From Lachnoclostridium sp. UBA1434 (GTDB lineage: Bacteria; Bacillota; Clostridia; Lachnospirales; Lachnospiraceae): a DNA stretch of 51,088 bases. Under the pieces are notes generated by a model, which saw only the letters and a program-made list of their open reading frames with translations, was not told the DNA's origin and ran no database searches. Shown piece after piece: positions 47,247-51,088 of this stretch. The stretch is taken from the NCBI GenBank assembly GCA_002329645.1, contig DCTS01000099.1, forward strand, positions 600 through 51,687, in the 5' to 3' direction. The stretch's first letter is position 1. Each line of letters begins with the position of its first letter. The translations under genes and the position numbers were made by a program.

Positions 47247-47810
47247 TTAAAACATATCCTCCAGCTTCTGCTTATATAGCTCATATTCCCAGCGGGTTTC
47301 CTCTGACAGCTTGCTGTATCCGTTCCCGGTATCCTTAAGTGAGTATTCATCCCTAAGCCTTGCCTGCATCCTGCCAAACTCTCCTGAACGGACAGCCGCA
47401 GCCAGACGCTCGAGGCAGGTGCCGGCCAGATAATCGATATCACCAAAGCATACCTCCTCATACTGATCTTTCATAAATTCAAGCAATTCGTCATCAGTCA
47501 TTTCATCCATGGTTTCATTCTTAAAGCTATAGAATAGCTCCTGAAGCTGTTCCAGGGTTTCCGTATAATTATCCTGATTAATATACTGTGAATCGCAGAA
47601 ATGAAAGATAAGCTTTGGAAGTATACCTTCACCGAATTCCACTCGCTGACTGTCCGATAGAGAAGTCTTGCGGCTTAGCATAAGCTTTTTAGCTTCCTCC
47701 TCGGACAGCTTAAGTCCGTATTTTTCACTCCTGCTATTGCATTCAAGTATTCTTGCAAGCTCCTGCTTCTGCTGCATAAGCAGCATTAATTCAAAGGAAT
47801 TGTTATCCAT
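47247..47810 (-). CDS. DUF6323-like hypothetical protein
   Basis: EKYGLKLSEEEA, RVEFGEGIL.KL...FCDSQYI, FYSFKNET; family recalled from memory. Confidence 0.65.
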   Translation of the reverse strand: MDNNSFELMLLMQQKQELARILECNSRSEKYGLKLSEEEAKKLMLSRKTSLSDSQRVEFGEGILPKLIFHFCDSQYINQDNYTETLEQLQELFYSFKNETMDEMTDDELLEFMKDQYEEVCFGDIDYLAGTCLERLAAAVRSGEFGRMQARLRDEYSLKDTGNGYSKLSEETRWEYELYKQKLEDMF

Positions 47811-47822
47811 ATTCGGCGCCTC

Positions 47823-48677
47823 CTATATGATATTGCTTAAAGAATTATGATTGGCTGCATTTTTAAGCTCTGCTGCTATATTGGGGATTTCATTGGATAA
47901 ATAGTTATATAGCTTCATATCCTCATGGTATATGTCTGCAATCAGCTCATCCAAAAGAATATTCAACTCTTTGAGAAGCTCCTCCCTGCTCATATTATTT
48001 ATTATTACATATAATTTCTCATAATCAGGGTTTTCAAATCGGGGTTTCAGCGGATCTGCTCCGATAAGCATGCTAATTAAAACTCTCCTTAATACAACTT
48101 CGCATACATTAATCAGCAATTCTTCATGATCGGAATGGTATTGCACCAATACCTCCCTTATAAATTCCCCGGGGAACTTATGCAGAAATTTCTGCTCCAG
48201 CCTTATGCACAATAAATAGCGGTATATCAAATCTGCTCCTTCAAGCTCATTCAATCTTTCAAGCACAGTATAATCCAGCAGAATTATATGGTCAGCCGGA
48301 TTATGCCTTGGATCATACCATTTGAAGAATTCCGGCATACCCTTGACCAGTGTGTCATAATAGGCGTGATTCCCGTAATCCATAAAATCCATAATAATAT
48401 CATTATATATTGAGTTGGCTTCTCTTACCTTATCAACTACAATCCGGTATCCTCTGTCGTAAGCCTCTTTGGCACCGCAGAGACTTTCCTGGCTGATAAT
48501 GTCGCTGCCGGTATATTCGTCGTACTCTGCCGCCATCTCATTTTCACGTATGCAATACAGCACCGCACCCATTAACTGCTGTGCAGCCTCGTAGGTTATT
48601 GAGGTGCTTTCCTTGCCCGTATAGCTGTCCGTAAGCTCCTTTACCAGTTTAACCAGCTCTTCCATGCTATAATCCAA
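47823..48677 (-). CDS. DUF6179-like hypothetical protein
   Basis: YTGKESTSITYEAAQQLM.AVLYCI, FFKWYD, LDY, YLLCI.LEQ.FL, LLINVCE; TTG start after GGAGG; paired with the DUF6323-like gene. Confidence 0.65.
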   Translation of the reverse strand: MDYSMEELVKLVKELTDSYTGKESTSITYEAAQQLMGAVLYCIRENEMAAEYDEYTGSDIISQESLCGAKEAYDRGYRIVVDKVREANSIYNDIIMDFMDYGNHAYYDTLVKGMPEFFKWYDPRHNPADHIILLDYTVLERLNELEGADLIYRYLLCIRLEQKFLHKFPGEFIREVLVQYHSDHEELLINVCEVVLRRVLISMLIGADPLKPRFENPDYEKLYVIINNMSREELLKELNILLDELIADIYHEDMKLYNYLSNEIPNIAAELKNAANHNSLSNII

Positions 48678-48710
48678 TAAAAACCCTCCCTGTTTTCACT
48701 TGATTAGCAT

Positions 48711-48770
48711 ATTTTATACTAAAAATATTTTTTTACAAGACTTGTAAAATTGCTGATTTTGTGGTATTAT
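48711..48770. promoter_or_regulatory. Back-to-back divergent sigma-A promoters around a TTTTACAAG-a-CTTGTAAAA dyad
   Basis: Plus strand: TTGTAA(48742)-17-TATTAT(48765) with TGn; minus strand: TTGTAA(48738)-16-TAAAAT(48716). Confidence 0.55.
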
Positions 48771-48776
48771 ATAACC

Positions 48777-48833
48777 AGAAAGCAAAGAAAAATATAATAG
48801 AATTTTAGAAGCACCCATTTAAAGGTGCTTTTT
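48777..48833 (+). ncRNA. Candidate small RNA (about 55 nt, possibly extending to about 48960)
   Basis: Promoter with no credible downstream CDS, then AAGCACC-catttaaa-GGTGCTT-TTT terminator-like hairpin. Confidence 0.4.
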
Positions 48834-48903
48834 GCATGCAAATATATAGTCTTCCTTAACTCCCAAACAAAATGTAATATTAATGTTAACCTTAAAGACA
48901 ACA

Positions 48904-48952
48904 AGGCGCATTGGTTTTGCGGGATTATCTCCCTGCAAATGCCAATGCGCCT
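48904..48952. terminator. Long hairpin downstream of the NUDIX gene (possibly bidirectional)
   Basis: AGGCGCATTGG-TTTTGC-GGGA...TCCC-t-GCAAAT-g-CCAATGCGCCT. Confidence 0.8.
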
Positions 48953-48966
48953 GACTTTTGTGATAA

Positions 48967-49419
48967 TCAGAAGTATTTCTTATTACCCCATAGGTTGCTT
49001 TTCTTTAAGTCTACATATTCGTTGTAGGCTCTTTCAAGTATCTGCTTCTCGTTATTGAACTTAAGCATGTGATACGCTTCATGGAATTTATAGTATCCTG
49101 AATCCATGAAAAATTCTTCTCTTTGTGGTTTGCTGTAATAGCTTTCAGACATCATTAAATACCAATGAACATCCTTTACTACTGTATTATGAGGGGTGCT
49201 GAAGGAATACTGGCTCTTTCCGATATATTTTATTACGGAAGCATTCGTCCCCGCTTCCTCCTTAACCTCCCGGATAGCCGTTTCCTTATATTCTTCTCCG
49301 TCTTCAACTGTTCCCTTTGGTAGCACCCACCCTTCATATTTATTCTTGTAATTTTTATACAGTAATAGAATCTTCCCTCTGAATATAACTACACCACCAC
49401 AGCTCGTTGCTTCAACCAT
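48967..49419 (-). CDS. NUDIX hydrolase
   Basis: LPKGTVEDGEEYKETAIREVKEEAG Nudix box. Confidence 0.95.
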   Translation of the reverse strand: MVEATSCGGVVIFRGKILLLYKNYKNKYEGWVLPKGTVEDGEEYKETAIREVKEEAGTNASVIKYIGKSQYSFSTPHNTVVKDVHWYLMMSESYYSKPQREEFFMDSGYYKFHEAYHMLKFNNEKQILERAYNEYVDLKKSNLWGNKKYF

Positions 49420-49559
49420 CGCAATGCCTCCTGTTATTTGGTGAGTTGTCCTTAACTAAATAGAGTATACATCAATACAAATCAGTTTTCAACAACTTTT
49501 AGTTGTGCTGCATATACACAGTACAACATATGCCCATTCACCAAAATAACAGTCTCTCC

Positions 49560-50996
49560 TCAATCAGCCTCATTATTAAAATATGCATCAAGGATTTTCC
49601 TTGCGATAGGTACGGCGTATTCACTTCCCGAACCGCTGTTTTCTACTATAACGCTTATTGCAATTTCAGGCTCTCCCACCGGAGCAAATCCTATAAACCA
49701 TGCATGAGCCGGCTTGCCCTCCTGTTCGGCTGAGCCCGTCTTGCCTGCAACCGGAACCTCAAGACTGTTTAATTCATTGGCAGTACCGTCAGTTACGACC
49801 CCTCTCATAAGCCGCTTCAGGAAATCCGCTTCGGTGACAGTCATGGGTGTGGCATATTTCTGCGGTACATAACCCTTTATCATTTTTCCGCTATAGCTTT
49901 CTATACGATCTACCACATAGGGCTTCATCATAACACCGTTATTTGCCACCGCACTTGCAATCATTAGATTGTGAAGAGGTGATATGAGGGTATTCCCCTG
50001 CCCGATTGCAGTCTGCATCTTCTCCTTTATTCCCGAGCTGCCCTCCTTAAGCTCAAACCGGCTTTGGCTGCTTGCCATTGCAACAGGCAAAGTCTTATTA
50101 AAGAGGAAATCCTCACACATCAAACGGAAGGCATTGATGTCCAAATCCTTGCCTATCAGGGAAAATGAGGTATTGCAGGACCTGGCAAAGGCTTCCGCAA
50201 GGTCCACTTCACCATGTGCCTTGCCATTGTAGCAATGGATTGTCATTCCATCATAGCTTATGCTCCCAGTGCAATCATTCAGGTATCCTGAATAATCGGG
50301 ATTTTCTCTTATATATTCAAGAGCTGTATGCAGCTTGAAGGTGGAACCCGGAGGATATAAGCCCTGGGTCGCTCTGTTATAAAGAGGGGATCCCTCTTCA
50401 TCATCCTTAACAAGACTGTCCCATTGCACATTTATAGTATTGGGGTCATAGGATGGCTTTGATACCATAACCAGGAGCTTCCCTGTGGACGGCTCCATTA
50501 CAACAACCGCTCCCCGCCTGTCTCCCAGTGCGTCATAAGCGACCTGCTGCAGCTTAAGGTTAAGGGTGGTAATCACATTATTGCCGGGACTCTTTTCCCC
50601 AACCATATCATTAAGCATATTGCCGAATGAATTCCTGTTTACACTCAGAAGCCTGATATTTTCAGCCTCCTCGATACCAGTCAGCCCCTTGTCATACCTG
50701 CCGACTATATGTGCAAGCATATCTTTATAGGGATAATATCTTGACTCGCTTCCATCCTCATTGATGATAGTTTCTGCAAGGACTTCACCGTCGGAAGATA
50801 TTATCTTGCCTCTTAATACCCTTTCCGCCAATACCTTTTCCCTGTTGTTATAGGCATTATTAATGGTATCCTCGCTCCTTACAAGCAGGAAATATGAAAA
50901 ATAAGCTATTATAAGTACAAACAGCCCCGAAAAGATATATATTACATTGTACAACGATTTTTTCGGATTATCATGAGCCTTATTTATCCGCAGCAT
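49560..50996 (-). CDS. Class B penicillin-binding transpeptidase (PbpA-like)
   Basis: PGSTFK (SxxK), SCN (SxN), KTG motifs; N-terminal TM; RGKIISSDG, RYYP. Confidence 0.95.
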   Translation of the reverse strand: MLRINKAHDNPKKSLYNVIYIFSGLFVLIIAYFSYFLLVRSEDTINNAYNNREKVLAERVLRGKIISSDGEVLAETIINEDGSESRYYPYKDMLAHIVGRYDKGLTGIEEAENIRLLSVNRNSFGNMLNDMVGEKSPGNNVITTLNLKLQQVAYDALGDRRGAVVVMEPSTGKLLVMVSKPSYDPNTINVQWDSLVKDDEEGSPLYNRATQGLYPPGSTFKLHTALEYIRENPDYSGYLNDCTGSISYDGMTIHCYNGKAHGEVDLAEAFARSCNTSFSLIGKDLDINAFRLMCEDFLFNKTLPVAMASSQSRFELKEGSSGIKEKMQTAIGQGNTLISPLHNLMIASAVANNGVMMKPYVVDRIESYSGKMIKGYVPQKYATPMTVTEADFLKRLMRGVVTDGTANELNSLEVPVAGKTGSAEQEGKPAHAWFIGFAPVGEPEIAISVIVENSGSGSEYAVPIARKILDAYFNNEAD

Positions 50997-51055
50997 CCTC
51001 TCACCTTCCTGAAGCGCAGCCTTCTTGCTGTTGTGGGTTTATATGCAGCTTATCA

Positions 51056-51088
51056 TTATCCTGCATGGTTCCTTTTAAGATAAATCCC
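51056..51088 (-). CDS. Possible 3' end of an upstream gene (SEDS FtsW/RodA expected from context)
   Basis: Open frame GIYLKRNHAG* at the window edge; identity inferred only from the usual SEDS-bPBP pairing. Confidence 0.3.
   Translation of the reverse strand, partial: GIYLKRNHAG

Noticed and set aside
48825..49058. 77-aa plus-strand ORF downstream of the divergent promoter
   Set aside because: Start codon lies inside the terminator stem without an RBS, and the ORF overlaps the NUDIX gene antisense

Overview
Chromosomal window from a spore-forming Clostridia-class firmicute, Lachnospiraceae-like by gene order and protein style (inference). Almost all genes are on the minus strand. (1) 66-18423: a complete type IVa pilus locus: pilB-pilT-pilC-pilA-pilD-pilMN fusion-pilO, four minor pilins (two unusually large, 446 and 793 aa) and a 1615-aa secreted DUF5057-type putative tip adhesin. 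A class B sortase gene and a candidate ~55-nt small RNA lie upstream. (2) 20447-43534: core genes: intact, apparently pro-less sigK; U32/O-methyltransferase tRNA-modification pair; short MltG-like protein; RNase J; Fur family; DUF1292-ruvX-ireB; mtaB; His-less HPr paralog; thiI/cysteine desulfurase; M23 peptidase; LCP; pepD; DUF711/ACT; YycJ-like MBL; coaE; polA; ZAS anti-sigma-like protein. (3) tRNA-Leu(CAA) at 43632-43714, followed by arm-site-like TGATTACACT repeats and an AT-rich, integrase-less islet with an orphan O-antigen-ligase-like gene. (4) DUF6323/DUF6179-like pair, a second candidate sRNA, a NUDIX gene and a class B PBP. The most unusual cross-cutting signal is a high density of unrelated short tandem duplications (17, 18, 19, 27, 33, 36, 47-48 bp), in intergenic DNA and in frame in housekeeping genes. 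Many are centred on CCGG/TCGG/CCGA and several are anchored on stop codons. No CRISPR array, integrase or transposase was seen. Family names come from motif recognition by eye, not from database searches.
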